47,297 nt of DNA from an uncultured delta proteobacterium (GCA_963840855.1 CAWJBB010000020.1:1-47297), one strand, 5' to 3'. Counted from the first letter of the stretch, positions 27,091 through 37,682 are shown. Translations and numbers: made by a program. The notes: generated from the sequence alone by a model not told the origin.

Positions 27091-27888
27091 TCACTCCCAG
27101 CGTTTCATCTTGGAGAAGTCGTAATCCGCCGAAGTGTCGCTTTCAAAGCGCCAAACCACGCGGTCCTTGGCGTACTTGCCGTTAAACACGGCATCCAGAA
27201 ATGTCGTGATCTGGTTCCAGGCCGCTGTGGTTTGCGCCGCGCGAAAGCGTCCGGGCATGGTATCGTTCAAGAAGCCGTGAGGCGCGCCGCCGTAGATGCG
27301 AACGTCGAAGCTTTTCTTGGCATCAGCGAGCACGCCGATCATGCGCACGATGTTGGGCAGCGGGATCAAGTTATCGAGCTCCCCGAAGACCGCAACCATG
27401 GGGCATGACATCTGCGCCATTAGCTTATCTATCGATTCCGGACGCTGGGGATGGGATTTCCAATCGGCGTCATAAACGGCGCCATACAGCATCACTACTG
27501 CCGCGATATAATCGCGCTTGGCCGCCATGAGGATCGGCTGGCGTCCCGTTTGGCAGACTCCGGCGATCGCGATCCTGCTCATATCGACTTCCGGAAGGGC
27601 GCGCAGGTACTCGACCACCGCGTCGATATCTTTGAGCACTTCGCTGTCGTCCAGGTCGCAGCGGTCATCGCCTTTCGCCAACTTGTCGCGATCCCCGGTG
27701 AAGCGCGAAAAAAGATCCGGGACGATGGTGACATAGCCCTGCTGAACGAATTTCTCGCCCAGGTCCGTCGTGTGTTGCACGATGCCGTATCTTTCGTGCA
27801 GGTGAATCACCGCGGGTCGTTTGCCGCCACCGGCGGGCTTGCCAACGAATCCGTTCATGCGGTCGTCAATTTTGATGGGTGTGAGCAT
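27091..27888 (-). CDS. dienelactone hydrolase family protein
   Basis: HERYG, PDLF, GVC nucleophile, GELD, HGF. Confidence 0.85.
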   Translation of the reverse strand: MLTPIKIDDRMNGFVGKPAGGGKRPAVIHLHERYGIVQHTTDLGEKFVQQGYVTIVPDLFSRFTGDRDKLAKGDDRCDLDDSEVLKDIDAVVEYLRALPEVDMSRIAIAGVCQTGRQPILMAAKRDYIAAVVMLYGAVYDADWKSHPQRPESIDKLMAQMSCPMVAVFGELDNLIPLPNIVRMIGVLADAKKSFDVRIYGGAPHGFLNDTMPGRFRAAQTTAAWNQITTFLDAVFNGKYAKDRVVWRFESDTSADYDFSKMKRWE

Positions 27889-27960
27889 GATTTACCTCGT
27901 TATACATGAATTCGGAAAGAAATTAAGAGTTGTTTTTTTATGCCGGCGAATTACAAAACC

Positions 27961-29020
27961 TCAGCCGCCCAGTAGCTTCTTCAACCGTTCGACGGTTTCC
28001 GGTGATTGAACGATGGCCTTCTTCGCCATCGCCTCCAAGTCCTGGCCGCTGATGTATTCCACCTCCCAGTCGCGCTTCTTGGCTTCGGCGAGGAAGTCCG
28101 CGTCGCTGGTCATTCTAGCGTAGGCGTCGCGCAATCCTTTGAGCCGGTCCGCACCCGTGTTCGGCGGCGCGATGATCGGCCGGCCGATGGCTCCCGGCGA
28201 AAGCAGCACCGTGGCGAAGCGTTTGATCGAGTCCGGAGTCTTGTACTTGTCCATCAGTTCATAGATCGTGGGCGATTCCGGAAACAGCGGATCGCGCGTG
28301 TGGCCGCCTTGGACGAGCACGCGGACAAAACCTTTTTTCAACCACGACCGGCCGGGCTCGCGCAGGAAGGCTTCTTTGGTAATCGCGTAGCAGTGAACTT
28401 CACCGCGTTCAATGGCGACTTCAACGTCCCGGTTGCCGGGATAGCCCAACACGATTTGAAATTTCGCGCCGACCGCTTCTCCGTGAAATTCAGCGCGATC
28501 AATGGCTGGCTTCACGTCCCGGTTGCCGGAATAAATTTGCCCAGCGTGTTGAGTGGATATCCTCGACACTACGATAAGCGATAGTCCGCGCGCATCGTTA
28601 AAACTTCAAGATTGCGCACCGGCGAACTGATCCAGCCAAACTTGGCCCAGTCGAATTGCACCTCTTTGACACCCATGGCAGTTGGATATCGAAATAAAGC
28701 CCCGAGGAAATCGATTGCGAGGGTAAGGCCGTCGGGCTTGGCAATGTTATAAAGCTGATTGGCGGCTGATCATCGAACCGCCGCCTGGGACGTTTTGCAC
28801 GATATCCGGGATTGCCCGGAATAAATTGCCCAGGTGTTGAGTGTAAAGCCAGCGCCCAGAAGATCGATAATCCGCGCCGGCGGTGAAGCCCACGACAATC
28901 TTGATTTGTTTACCTTTAAAAAAGTCGCTTTGGCCGTTGGCGCGTGATGGCAGTTGAAGATTGAGCGACAGAACCAAAAGACCGATGAAACTAAAATTGT
29001 GTAATGTATTCCTGATCGTG
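27961..29020 (-). pseudogene. Bug/TctC substrate-binding protein, broken or scrambled (pseudogene or mis-assembly)
   Basis: FFKGKQIKIVVGFTAG N-terminus, KPDGLTLA middle and GYPG...GEVH/PPNT C-terminus in different frames; internal duplicated segments. Confidence 0.7.
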
Positions 29021-29141
29021 ATCTCTAAGGCTTCAGGTTCCGAGTTGTTGATTTCGATCAACTCGAAACCAATATCCCGAGCTAAAAACCGCGTGTTGCT
29101 CGGCAAAATAGACTCTAAACTCTGACGCTAGACCGGTATTG

Positions 29142-30227
29142 CTAATCCAGCCGCAAAAGCCGCGCGGCATTTTCGCCCATGATTTTTCTTTTGGTCTCGA
29201 TATTCAAGTCCGCCCGTTCCATCACCGCCTGCGGCGAACCGGACAATTTGGCATCCCAGTGCGGATAGTCCGATGCAAACAAGGCGCGCTCGGCGCCAAT
29301 GGCGCCCAACACTTCGCCCAAGCGAGTTTCGTCCGGTTCGAACGAGGTGTAGCACTGGCGGCGAAAGTAATCGCTTGGTTTCATTTTTAGCCAGGGAACT
29401 TGAAAGGGCAGAATCTCGTAATGCTCGTCCATGCGCCAGAGCCAGTAGGGAAGCCATCCGGCGCCGGATTCAAGGAAAGCCACTTGCAGCTCCGGATGCC
29501 GTTCCAGCGTGCCTTTGCAGATCAAACTCAAGCTGGCGAGCATTTGCTCAAAAGGATGCGAAATCGTGTGGGTGAAAAACCATTGACCAACGAAGCGGTC
29601 GACGCCGGCGGTGGGTAGAAAGGCGCCGGAGCCTTCGTGGACCATTAACGGCGCGCCAAGTTCCACGAGCGTCTCGTAAAGCGGATCATAGTACGGATCG
29701 TCCAACCCCCGGCCTTTGACGGGATTGGGGCGAACGAACACCGCCTTGAACTTGAGCTCGACAACCGCGCGGCGGGTTTCTTCGACGGCCGCTTTGATGT
29801 CCTGCACGGGCACCACCGCCACTCCCATCAGCCGCGTTCGGTCCGCGCCGCAATAATCGTAGAGCCAGTTGTTATAAGCGCGGCAGAGCGCCACGGCGTA
29901 GGCTTCTTCTTCCACCGAAGGAAGATAGAGGCCGGCGGAAGGGAAGAGCAACCCGCGCTCGATACCGTCACGGTCCATGTCTTTGAGTCTTTCACGGGGA
30001 TCGGTGGCCAGGCCGCGGTGTTCATTGACTGGCGAGCCGTCCTCTTTCACAGGAAACGGAGATTCGTTGGGCCGACGATGGTGGCGCTTGCCTTCGAGGA
30101 GGAACAAGAGTTGCCCGTTGGCAACCTGTTCGATTTTCGGCGCGCGCGCGCGAAACGGCGCTTCGAGGTAACGCTCCCACAGGTCGTCGGCTTCGCGCAC
30201 ATGGCCGTCGATATCGATTACGCGCAT
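29142..30227 (-). CDS. amidohydrolase_2 family protein
   Basis: IDIDGHV, AYNNW, MVHEG, FLESGAGW, FASDYPHWD. Confidence 0.88.
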   Translation of the reverse strand: MRVIDIDGHVREADDLWERYLEAPFRARAPKIEQVANGQLLFLLEGKRHHRRPNESPFPVKEDGSPVNEHRGLATDPRERLKDMDRDGIERGLLFPSAGLYLPSVEEEAYAVALCRAYNNWLYDYCGADRTRLMGVAVVPVQDIKAAVEETRRAVVELKFKAVFVRPNPVKGRGLDDPYYDPLYETLVELGAPLMVHEGSGAFLPTAGVDRFVGQWFFTHTISHPFEQMLASLSLICKGTLERHPELQVAFLESGAGWLPYWLWRMDEHYEILPFQVPWLKMKPSDYFRRQCYTSFEPDETRLGEVLGAIGAERALFASDYPHWDAKLSGSPQAVMERADLNIETKRKIMGENAARLLRLD

Positions 30228-30303
30228 GAGGTCCTCTTTTCAGTATCGTGCTAATCTTTGTTCCCGAGGGACGGGTCCTTGCGAGCGCGATCAAGCGCTG
30301 CGC

Positions 30304-30394
30304 GGTTCAAAGTCCAATGTCAACGTATTCCAATATACCATCTACGGCATAAGCGCATCTCTAACTTTGAACCTTGAACGTTAAACCTTGAACC
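30304..30394. repeat. TTGAAC-core 7-nt repeat element
   Basis: GGTTCAAAGTCCAATGTCAAC ... TTTGAAC CTTGAAC GTTAAAC CTTGAAC. Confidence 0.7.
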
Positions 30395-30570
30395 GAAGCA
30401 TCAGCTGCTCTCTATCGGGCGTGCCGAAATATTGCAAGGGCGATGTGTCGGACATTCATGATCCGGCGTTTGCAAGCAGCGGCGGCTTCAAGATAGATTC
30501 GGAGCCCGGAAGCGCCGTGGCGGCGCGTGATGACGTGCGCTTCCCGCGCAACAACCTCAGGAGGGGTGTT

Positions 30571-31818
30571 ATGGTCCAGTACACACCGAAACTAACCTTT
30601 GGTCCTGAAGTGGCGGATTGGCAGGAGCGGCTCAACTCCGAGCGCATGCGGAGCGGGCGAGCGGCACGGGCGCAGATGCTGATGCGCAAATACGGCATTG
30701 CCGCGATCCTCGAAGCGAATCACCAGAACATCCGCTACCTGACGGCGCTCAAAGGTTTTGCCTATCCGATGTGCCGCTATGTGCTGTTCTTCGCCGAGCA
30801 GGATCCGGTGATGTACGAGCACGACGGATATTATCATCAGATGCCCGACCAGTGCCCATGGATCAAAGAATGGCGGCCTGCGCGCTCCTGGCTGACGGGC
30901 TCCCCCGGACCGGAAGCCTGCGCCGTCGAAGCCAAAGCATTCGCCGGTGAGATCAAAGCGGAACTCGAGAAGCGCGGTCTGCTAGGCGAAAAACTCGGTC
31001 TCGGAAGTTTCGATGGCTTGGCGCGCGAAGCGCTGGTCAACGCGGGCGTGAAGAACATCGTCGACACGCGCAATCTCATGCTCGAAGCGCGCATGGTCAA
31101 GAATCAAGATGAGATCAGTTGTCTCAAGACCTGCGCGGCGATGGTCGACGGCGTCTGGTTCCGCGTGTGGGAGAATTTAAAACCCGGCATGAAAGACACC
31201 GACTTGATGACCCTCGGTTCCACGGCCGGATATGAATTGGGCTTGGAGTCCGCCGTTCCCGGCGGATGGCGCACGGGGCCGATGACCTTCGACCGAGGCT
31301 GCCACGCCACCAGCCGGGTCGTTCAATTCGGCGATCTGGTTTACGGCTCTTATTGCGGCGCGACTTATATGGGTTACGGCAGCTGCACCTACCGGACCTT
31401 CATCGTCGGCAGAAAGCCGATTGCCAAAGAACAGGACTGGTATAAAGAAGTACACGACCGGATCGATGCCGTCATCTCCGAGATCAAGCCCGGCAAAACG
31501 ACGGCGGATGCAGCGAAACATTTTCCACCGGCAACCAAGTGGGGCTACAAGAGCGAGGTTGAAATCCTCGCCAGCGAGATCGGCCACGGCATCGGCTTAG
31601 GCACCAGCACCGGTTATGACATGCCGATCATCAATCGTTTGTGGTCGCTGGATCATCCGCAAGTTTTCGAAGAAGGGATGACACTGGCGGTGGAATCGCG
31701 CGAAGGCGAAACGCGGGTCGGCGGCGCCAGGCTGGAGAACATGCTCGTGGTGACCAAGAACGGCGCTGAGATCATGGACTACTTCCCGCGCGACGAGATT
31801 TTAGTTGCGCCGCGGTGA
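30571..31818 (+). CDS. M24 (Xaa-Pro peptidase/creatinase fold) protein
   Basis: NIRYLT, RMVKNQDEI, GHGIG, AVES, RLEN; AGGAGG RBS before ATG 30571. Confidence 0.85.
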   Translation: MVQYTPKLTFGPEVADWQERLNSERMRSGRAARAQMLMRKYGIAAILEANHQNIRYLTALKGFAYPMCRYVLFFAEQDPVMYEHDGYYHQMPDQCPWIKEWRPARSWLTGSPGPEACAVEAKAFAGEIKAELEKRGLLGEKLGLGSFDGLAREALVNAGVKNIVDTRNLMLEARMVKNQDEISCLKTCAAMVDGVWFRVWENLKPGMKDTDLMTLGSTAGYELGLESAVPGGWRTGPMTFDRGCHATSRVVQFGDLVYGSYCGATYMGYGSCTYRTFIVGRKPIAKEQDWYKEVHDRIDAVISEIKPGKTTADAAKHFPPATKWGYKSEVEILASEIGHGIGLGTSTGYDMPIINRLWSLDHPQVFEEGMTLAVESREGETRVGGARLENMLVVTKNGAEIMDYFPRDEILVAPR

Positions 31819-31857
31819 GGCGGCGCGACCCCATCCTGCCCAGTACGGAATACCCGG

Positions 31858-33051
31858 ATGCCCGTCGGATTGCTCAAGGATGTGACCGTCGTCGAGTGCG
31901 CCACTTTCGTCACCGGTCCCTATGCCACGGCATTGCTCGCCGATCTGGGCGCGCGGGTGATCAAGATCGAGTCGCCGCCCGAGGGCGATCCCTATCGTTA
32001 CTTCGCGCCGGACCCGCACTATAGTTTCAATTTCGCGCATCTCAATCGCAACAAAGAGAGCCTGGTCGTCGACTTGAAAGCGCCGGAAGGCAAAAATATT
32101 TGCTTGGACATGGTCAAAAAAGCGGACGTGTTCGTGGAGAATTTTCGCCCCGGCACTGCGCAACGTTTGGGACTCGCCTACGACGCGCTTTGCGCGGTCA
32201 ATCCCAAGTTGATCTATTGTTCGATCTCAGCATTCGGCCAGAGCGGACCTTACGCGGAAAAACCGGGATTCGATACTCTGGGCCAGGCGATGAGCGGGCT
32301 GCTTAGCCTGCTCTGCGATCCCGACGACCCGAAGGTTATGGGGATGGCGGTGTCTGATTATGTTACCGGTCTTGCGGCGGGCTACGGCATTCTCGGCGCG
32401 TTGTTGGCGCGCGAACATTCCGGCGCCGGCTGCCGGCTAGAAACATCGCTGCTGCAAGCGACGCTTTCCTTCATCGGCGAGACCGCGGCGGGCTACATGC
32501 GCACCGGCAACCTGCCTAACCGGATGGCGCGGGTGAAAAACGCCCACGCCTTTGCCTTCGTCTGCAAAGACAACCTACCGCTGGCGATTCACTGTTCGGT
32601 GCCGGAAAAGTTCTGGTTGGCGCTATTGCAAGCCGCTGAGCGAACCGATCTCGCCGCCGAGGAAGCGTTCAAAACTAGAGAAGCCCGGCGCCAGAACTAC
32701 CAAGCGCTAGAGCAGGCGTTGGCGCCGACGTTCAAGACGCGCACCCGGGACGAGTGGGTGCAGCGCCTGGAAGCGAACGACGTGCCGGTGGCGCCGTTGT
32801 ACACCATCGCTGAAGCGCTGGCCGATCCGCAGGTGTCCCATCTGCAACTGATCGAAGAAATCGAGCACCCGGTGGCCGGCAAGATGCGGTTCGTCGGAGC
32901 GCCGGTGGGTTACGACAATCACCCGCGGCAACCCAGTCTTCCTCCGCCTTTATTGGGCGAACATAGCACCGCTATCTTGCGCGAGCTGGGTAAAAACGAA
33001 GAAGCGATCCAGCGGCTCCAGAAGCAAATGATCATACGCAGCCGAGGGTGA
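31858..33051 (+). CDS. CaiB/BaiF family III CoA-transferase
   Basis: LADLGARVIKIE, NRNKES, ENFRPG, SISAFGQSGP, PPLLGEHS. Confidence 0.92.
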   Translation: MPVGLLKDVTVVECATFVTGPYATALLADLGARVIKIESPPEGDPYRYFAPDPHYSFNFAHLNRNKESLVVDLKAPEGKNICLDMVKKADVFVENFRPGTAQRLGLAYDALCAVNPKLIYCSISAFGQSGPYAEKPGFDTLGQAMSGLLSLLCDPDDPKVMGMAVSDYVTGLAAGYGILGALLAREHSGAGCRLETSLLQATLSFIGETAAGYMRTGNLPNRMARVKNAHAFAFVCKDNLPLAIHCSVPEKFWLALLQAAERTDLAAEEAFKTREARRQNYQALEQALAPTFKTRTRDEWVQRLEANDVPVAPLYTIAEALADPQVSHLQLIEEIEHPVAGKMRFVGAPVGYDNHPRQPSLPPPLLGEHSTAILRELGKNEEAIQRLQKQMIIRSRG

Positions 33052-34433
33052 TGACGTTTCTTTCGCGCGCTGCCATGCTGTTAGCCGCTCGGCCTAAAAA
33101 TCCCGCGGCCGGCCCACCGCCCGCGAACACGCGGCGTTTTGCCATGGCGCGGAGCCGCGCCTATTGCGCCGCTTTAGCGTTGGTATTGATGCTTGCGCTC
33201 GCGAGCCAGCGCGTGGTTTGGTGCCAGACGCTACCCGCAACCACGCCGGAAATCTTTCAGCAAAATTCCGAACACGTGGTCAAGATCGAGGTCGTAGAAA
33301 CCGGCTCGGCGGCCAAAGCCTCCATCGGAACGGGATTCTTTGCCACTGCCGCCGGCCACATAGTCACCAATTATCACGTTATTTCGAAGCTGATTCATTC
33401 ACCCGACCGGTATCGCATCGATGTTACCGACGGGCTGGGGCGTACGACCCAGGCAAGGGTTCTAGCGGTAGATGTGATTTACGATCTCGCCGTGGTGCGC
33501 GGTGCGGCGCAGGCGAAAGGGTTTTTGAAGTTTGAATCGGCGCCCATTCAACAAGGGACCCGGCTCTATTCGCTGGGCCATCCCAAAGATCTGGGCCTGA
33601 CCATCGTCGAGGGCACGTACAACGGACTATTGCAGCACACGCTCTATCCGAAAGTTCATTTCACCGGATCGCTGAATCCGGGGATGAGCGGCGGACCCAC
33701 GTTGACCCAGGCCGGGCTGGTTGCCGGCATCAACGTGGCAACGGAAGGCGAGCAGATCAGTTATTTGGTGCCGGCGGAGCGCGCGCAGACGCTCGTGGAA
33801 AAAACCCGAGGAACGGAGGGCCGTCCAGCGGCGAGCTTTCTCACCGAAGTGGGCCGCCAGATCCATGCTTATCAAGCGGACTATCTTGCCGGCATGTTCG
33901 CCAAACCAAAGCCCAGCGTCCTGCTCGGGCCGTACGAACTGCCCACCAAACCGGCGCCATTCTTTCGCTGCTGGGCCGATGCGCTGCGGCGCAAGGAGCT
34001 TCCCTACGTGGCCGTCAGTCACTATTGTTCAACCGACGATTTTCTCTTTGTCTCCAGCGAGCAATCTTCGGGGATCATCGGATTTTTTCACCAATTTCTA
34101 TCGACCGACGAGCTTGACCCGATTCGTTTTTACTCGCTCTATGCGGCTCAGCTCACGGCGGGCAAAATAGGCATGCCGGGTAATGAGGAGGAGGTGACGC
34201 CGTATCGTTGTTACACGAGAAACGTAAAGAACCAGACGGGCAAGGTTAGAGCGGCTTTGTGCGCGCGCCAATACGTGAAGCTGCCGGGCCTCTACGATGC
34301 GGTGCTCAAAGTGGCTACCATCGGTTCCAGAAACGCCGGTCTGGTGAGCACCCTCAGTCTTTCCGGCGTCGATTATAACAACGTCGAAACTCTGTCGCGC
34401 CGTTATTTGGAGAACATCCGATGGCGCCGCTAG
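33048..34433 (+). CDS. exported trypsin-like (S1) serine protease with Cys-containing C-terminal domain (start may be 33144)
   Basis: GTGF, TNYHV (His), DLA (Asp), NPGMSGGP (Ser). Confidence 0.85.
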   Translation: MMTFLSRAAMLLAARPKNPAAGPPPANTRRFAMARSRAYCAALALVLMLALASQRVVWCQTLPATTPEIFQQNSEHVVKIEVVETGSAAKASIGTGFFATAAGHIVTNYHVISKLIHSPDRYRIDVTDGLGRTTQARVLAVDVIYDLAVVRGAAQAKGFLKFESAPIQQGTRLYSLGHPKDLGLTIVEGTYNGLLQHTLYPKVHFTGSLNPGMSGGPTLTQAGLVAGINVATEGEQISYLVPAERAQTLVEKTRGTEGRPAASFLTEVGRQIHAYQADYLAGMFAKPKPSVLLGPYELPTKPAPFFRCWADALRRKELPYVAVSHYCSTDDFLFVSSEQSSGIIGFFHQFLSTDELDPIRFYSLYAAQLTAGKIGMPGNEEEVTPYRCYTRNVKNQTGKVRAALCARQYVKLPGLYDAVLKVATIGSRNAGLVSTLSLSGVDYNNVETLSRRYLENIRWRR

Positions 34434-35398
34434 GCTACATCGAAGTCCTCGACGCCAAAGGCCGAGTCACGGCGCGTTTTGCCGTGGACGCCTGGCCCGT
34501 CACCATCGGGCGCGCTTATACGAACCGCGTGATTCTCGACGATCCCTTCGTGTCGCCGGAACACCTTTCCATCGGCCGGGACGAAAGCGATCGGCTTTGC
34601 GCCAACGACCTGAACAGCGAAAATGGCTTGCGCGACGCGCCCGGCGGCCAGCGCGTGGCCGTTCTACCGCTGGTCTCCGGCAGGCCGTTTCAGATCGGCC
34701 ACACGGTGCTGCGTTACTCCGAGTTGCAACAGCGGGTCGCGGCGACGGCGGTGGATGGCGGCGAGCGCCGCCCGCGGGTGCCGTCTTGGAGCCTCGGTCT
34801 CGCAAGCCTTGTTATTCTGCTCGTGGTGCTCTTGCTGGAAAACTATTTTGACAGCTACGAGCGCTTCTATGTTGCGCGTAGTTTGAGTGAAACGCTGACG
34901 ACTTTGTCGATGGTTTTCGCCTGGGCCGGGATGTGGTCGCTCTTAAGTAGAGTAGTCATCGGCCGGTTTCACTACGCCGAACATTTCGCCTTGGCCGGCG
35001 GCGCGATCCTGGTTGCGCTGCTGTTCAGTATCAGCGCCGAGTGGTTGGAGTTTCTTCGTCCCTCCCTGCCCGCGCTCTGGGTCGCCTCGGTGTTTGGTTC
35101 CGGCGCGCTTCTCGCGGCACTGGTTTTCGGTCATCTCGGCTGGGCCTCATCGATGCTGCGGCGTTCACGGTTGTGGGCCGCCCTCGGCGTAAGCGCCGTG
35201 GTCATCGGCACCGGCGCCATTGCCGATTACGCCGCGCGCAATACATTTAACACCGCGATGGAGTATTCCGGGGTCATCAAGGCCGTCGACTCTCGCTGGT
35301 TGCCGACTGTCTCCATCGATCAATTCATCGCGAATAGCCAAAAAGTCAAAAGAGAACTTGAAGCGCTGGCGCAAAAGACCAAGCCGGCGCAGCCGTAA
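34421..35398 (+). CDS. FHA-domain membrane protein
   Basis: IGRA...DPFVSPEH...DLNSENG FHA motifs, then about 5 TM helices; overlaps the protease stop. Confidence 0.85.
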   Translation: MAPLGYIEVLDAKGRVTARFAVDAWPVTIGRAYTNRVILDDPFVSPEHLSIGRDESDRLCANDLNSENGLRDAPGGQRVAVLPLVSGRPFQIGHTVLRYSELQQRVAATAVDGGERRPRVPSWSLGLASLVILLVVLLLENYFDSYERFYVARSLSETLTTLSMVFAWAGMWSLLSRVVIGRFHYAEHFALAGGAILVALLFSISAEWLEFLRPSLPALWVASVFGSGALLAALVFGHLGWASSMLRRSRLWAALGVSAVVIGTGAIADYAARNTFNTAMEYSGVIKAVDSRWLPTVSIDQFIANSQKVKRELEALAQKTKPAQP

Positions 35399-35507
35399 GA
35401 ATAATTCGTGATTTGACTTGGTTGGACCCTGCTGGCTACTGTACGCGTGGCGTTGAGGTTTAAAATTCAAGAGTTCAAGGTTCAAAGGCTATTGTAGGGG
35501 ACGATTC

Positions 35508-36509
35508 ATGATTTATGACGTTGAAATAAATTCCGCCGCGCACTATCCAGCGGCGGATGTGCCGGGTTTGATCGAATTGGCCGAGCAAGTTGGATTCGGG
35601 GCGTTCTGGAAAGGCGAATCGAACAGCACCGACCCCATGGTGATGCTTTCCGCCGTCGCCAGCCGGACAAAGACGATCAAACTTGGCACAGCGATCTACC
35701 ACATATATGGCCGCAGCCCGGTGACGCTGGGCATTCAATCGGCGACCTTGCAGGATTTGTCGGGTGGGCGGTTGCTCCTGGGTCTAGGTGTGGCCAACAA
35801 GGCCATCGCCGGCTGGCATGGCGGCGTCTTCGACCGGCCGCTGAAACGGGCGCGGGAATATATCGAGATCGTACGCAAAGTCGCCGCCGGCGAGCGCGTC
35901 GAGTACGAAGGCGAGATTTATCAAACGGGCAAGCGTTTTCAACTTTCGTGGAAACCGCGACATCCCGATCTGCCGGTATACCTTGCGGGGCTTGGACCGC
36001 AGATGACCAAACTCGTGGGCAAAATCTCCGACGGCGTGTTCATCAATATGGCGACGCCGTCGAAGGTGAAAGAAATCGCTGCGCGGGTTCGCGAGGGCGC
36101 CATCGAAGCCGGCCGCGACCCCGGCAAGATCGAGATCATCGCCAAGTCGCGTGTGTCGCTCAATCCCGACAAAAGCGCGGCCCGCGCGAAGCTGCGCCAG
36201 GTGCTGACCTTCTATAACATCGCCGATCATTACAGCGATATGCTGCGCGGCATGGGCTTCGAAAAAGAAGTCAACGCGATCCACGAAGCGTTTCAAAAGG
36301 GCGGCTTCAAGGCGGCGATGGGCGCGCTGACGGATGAGTATATGGACAAGCTGCCCGTGGTTCCGGCCAGCGATATTCGCGAGATCAAAGACAAGATGAA
36401 GGCCTTTGAAGAAGCGGGCGTCACCCGTATGGTGATTCCATACGTGCCGGTGACCGAGCCGGTGGTGGAAGACGCGCGGCGATTTTTCGAGGCGTGGGGG
36501 CGCTCGTAG
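35508..36509 (+). CDS. LLM-class (luciferase-like) flavin/F420-dependent oxidoreductase
   Basis: AEQVGF, TKTIKLGTAI, LSGGRLLLGLG, YLAGLGPQM, DGV. Confidence 0.87.
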   Translation: MIYDVEINSAAHYPAADVPGLIELAEQVGFGAFWKGESNSTDPMVMLSAVASRTKTIKLGTAIYHIYGRSPVTLGIQSATLQDLSGGRLLLGLGVANKAIAGWHGGVFDRPLKRAREYIEIVRKVAAGERVEYEGEIYQTGKRFQLSWKPRHPDLPVYLAGLGPQMTKLVGKISDGVFINMATPSKVKEIAARVREGAIEAGRDPGKIEIIAKSRVSLNPDKSAARAKLRQVLTFYNIADHYSDMLRGMGFEKEVNAIHEAFQKGGFKAAMGALTDEYMDKLPVVPASDIREIKDKMKAFEEAGVTRMVIPYVPVTEPVVEDARRFFEAWGRS

Positions 36510-36513
36510 AGCA

Positions 36514-36614
36514 GGTTCGAGGTTCAAAGTTCAAGGTTCAAGGTTTTCGGACAACTCAGAACGCCGAACTCGAAACCGAACCTTTTGAACCTTGAACGTT
36601 GAACTTTTGAACCG
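36514..36614. repeat. inverted arrays of 7-nt TTGAAC-core repeats
   Basis: GTTCGAG GTTCAAA GTTCAAG GTTCAAG ... TTTGAAC CTTGAAC GTTGAAC TTTTGAAC. Confidence 0.85.
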
Positions 36615-36640
36615 AAATTTCTACCGGAGGAAAAATTTCT

Positions 36641-37661
36641 ATGTGTGATTTTGCTGCGGATGCGAAGGCCGCCGAAGAATTAATGGTAGGGCGGACCTTG
36701 AGCGTCGCGCGGGTGCGCGAGCTCAACGCCAAGGACTATTTCTACCAGATGCTGAAAGACAACCCGGAGATGCTGAAGATCTATCCGGGCATAGAAAATG
36801 AGCTGTTGGAAGGCGCCATCGATTGCCATATTCACGCGTTTCCTGATTTTGTCCATCGCTCGCAGGACATGATCCAGATCGCCATCGAAGCGTCCAAATG
36901 CGGCATGCGCGCCATCGCGTTTAAAGACCACTGGAATATCAGCGCCACCTCGGCGTATCTGACGCAGCGTCATATCGACGATATGATCGCCCGCGGCGAG
37001 CTGACCCATCGCGTCGAAGTCTACGGCGGCGTCGGCATGTGTCTCGGCATGAGGCCGGAATACGTCCGCGTCGGGCTTCAGTATCCCAACTTCAAGATGA
37101 TCTGGTTTCCGACTTTCACTTCCTACGGTTTCTGGCGCGGCGCCGGTCATCCCGACCATGAAGGCGTGCGCCTATGCAGCGACGACGCCAAAGTATTGCC
37201 GGAAGTGAAACAGATCATGGAAATGGCGGCGGAGAAAAAAGTCGGCATCGGGTTTGGCCATACCGACTTCGAAGAACTGTTGCCGCTGGCGCGGCTTCGC
37301 CAAAGAGATCGGCGTGCGCGCGACCCTCGACCATCCTTTGCTGGAATTGAACAAGCTCTTACTCGATGAAATGAAGCAACTGCGCGACTTGGGCGTTTAC
37401 GTCGGCACCTACTGCCAGCCGATGATTCCAAGCCTGTACCAGCCGGTAGCCGACCCGATGGAAACTATCCGCACGATAAAAGAGATCGGCCCCGACCGCT
37501 GCATCATCGGCAGCGACTTCGGCCAGGTGCTGCACATGGACGCCGTCGACGGCATGCGCGTGTTCATCCGCGCGCTTTTGGGTTTCGGCATCAAACCGGA
37601 TGAAGTCACAATCATGTTGAAGGACAATCCGGCGAAGTTGATGTGGTTGGATGACAAATAG
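36641..37661 (+). CDS. DUF6282-like amidohydrolase-fold protein (one extra base near 37295)
   Basis: IDCHIHAFPD, KDH, WFPT, GH in the first frame; DHP, SDFGQ, NPAKL in the +1 frame. Confidence 0.72.
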
Positions 37662-37682
37662 GCGAAAGGCATGAGGCAACAA

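Noticed and set aside
30388-30570. N-terminal extensions given by the ORF track (also 5128, 18996, 41539, 43357, 45952)
   Set aside because: Downstream starts mostly have a better RBS and match the family N-termini; the extensions run through repeats, promoters or neighbouring genes
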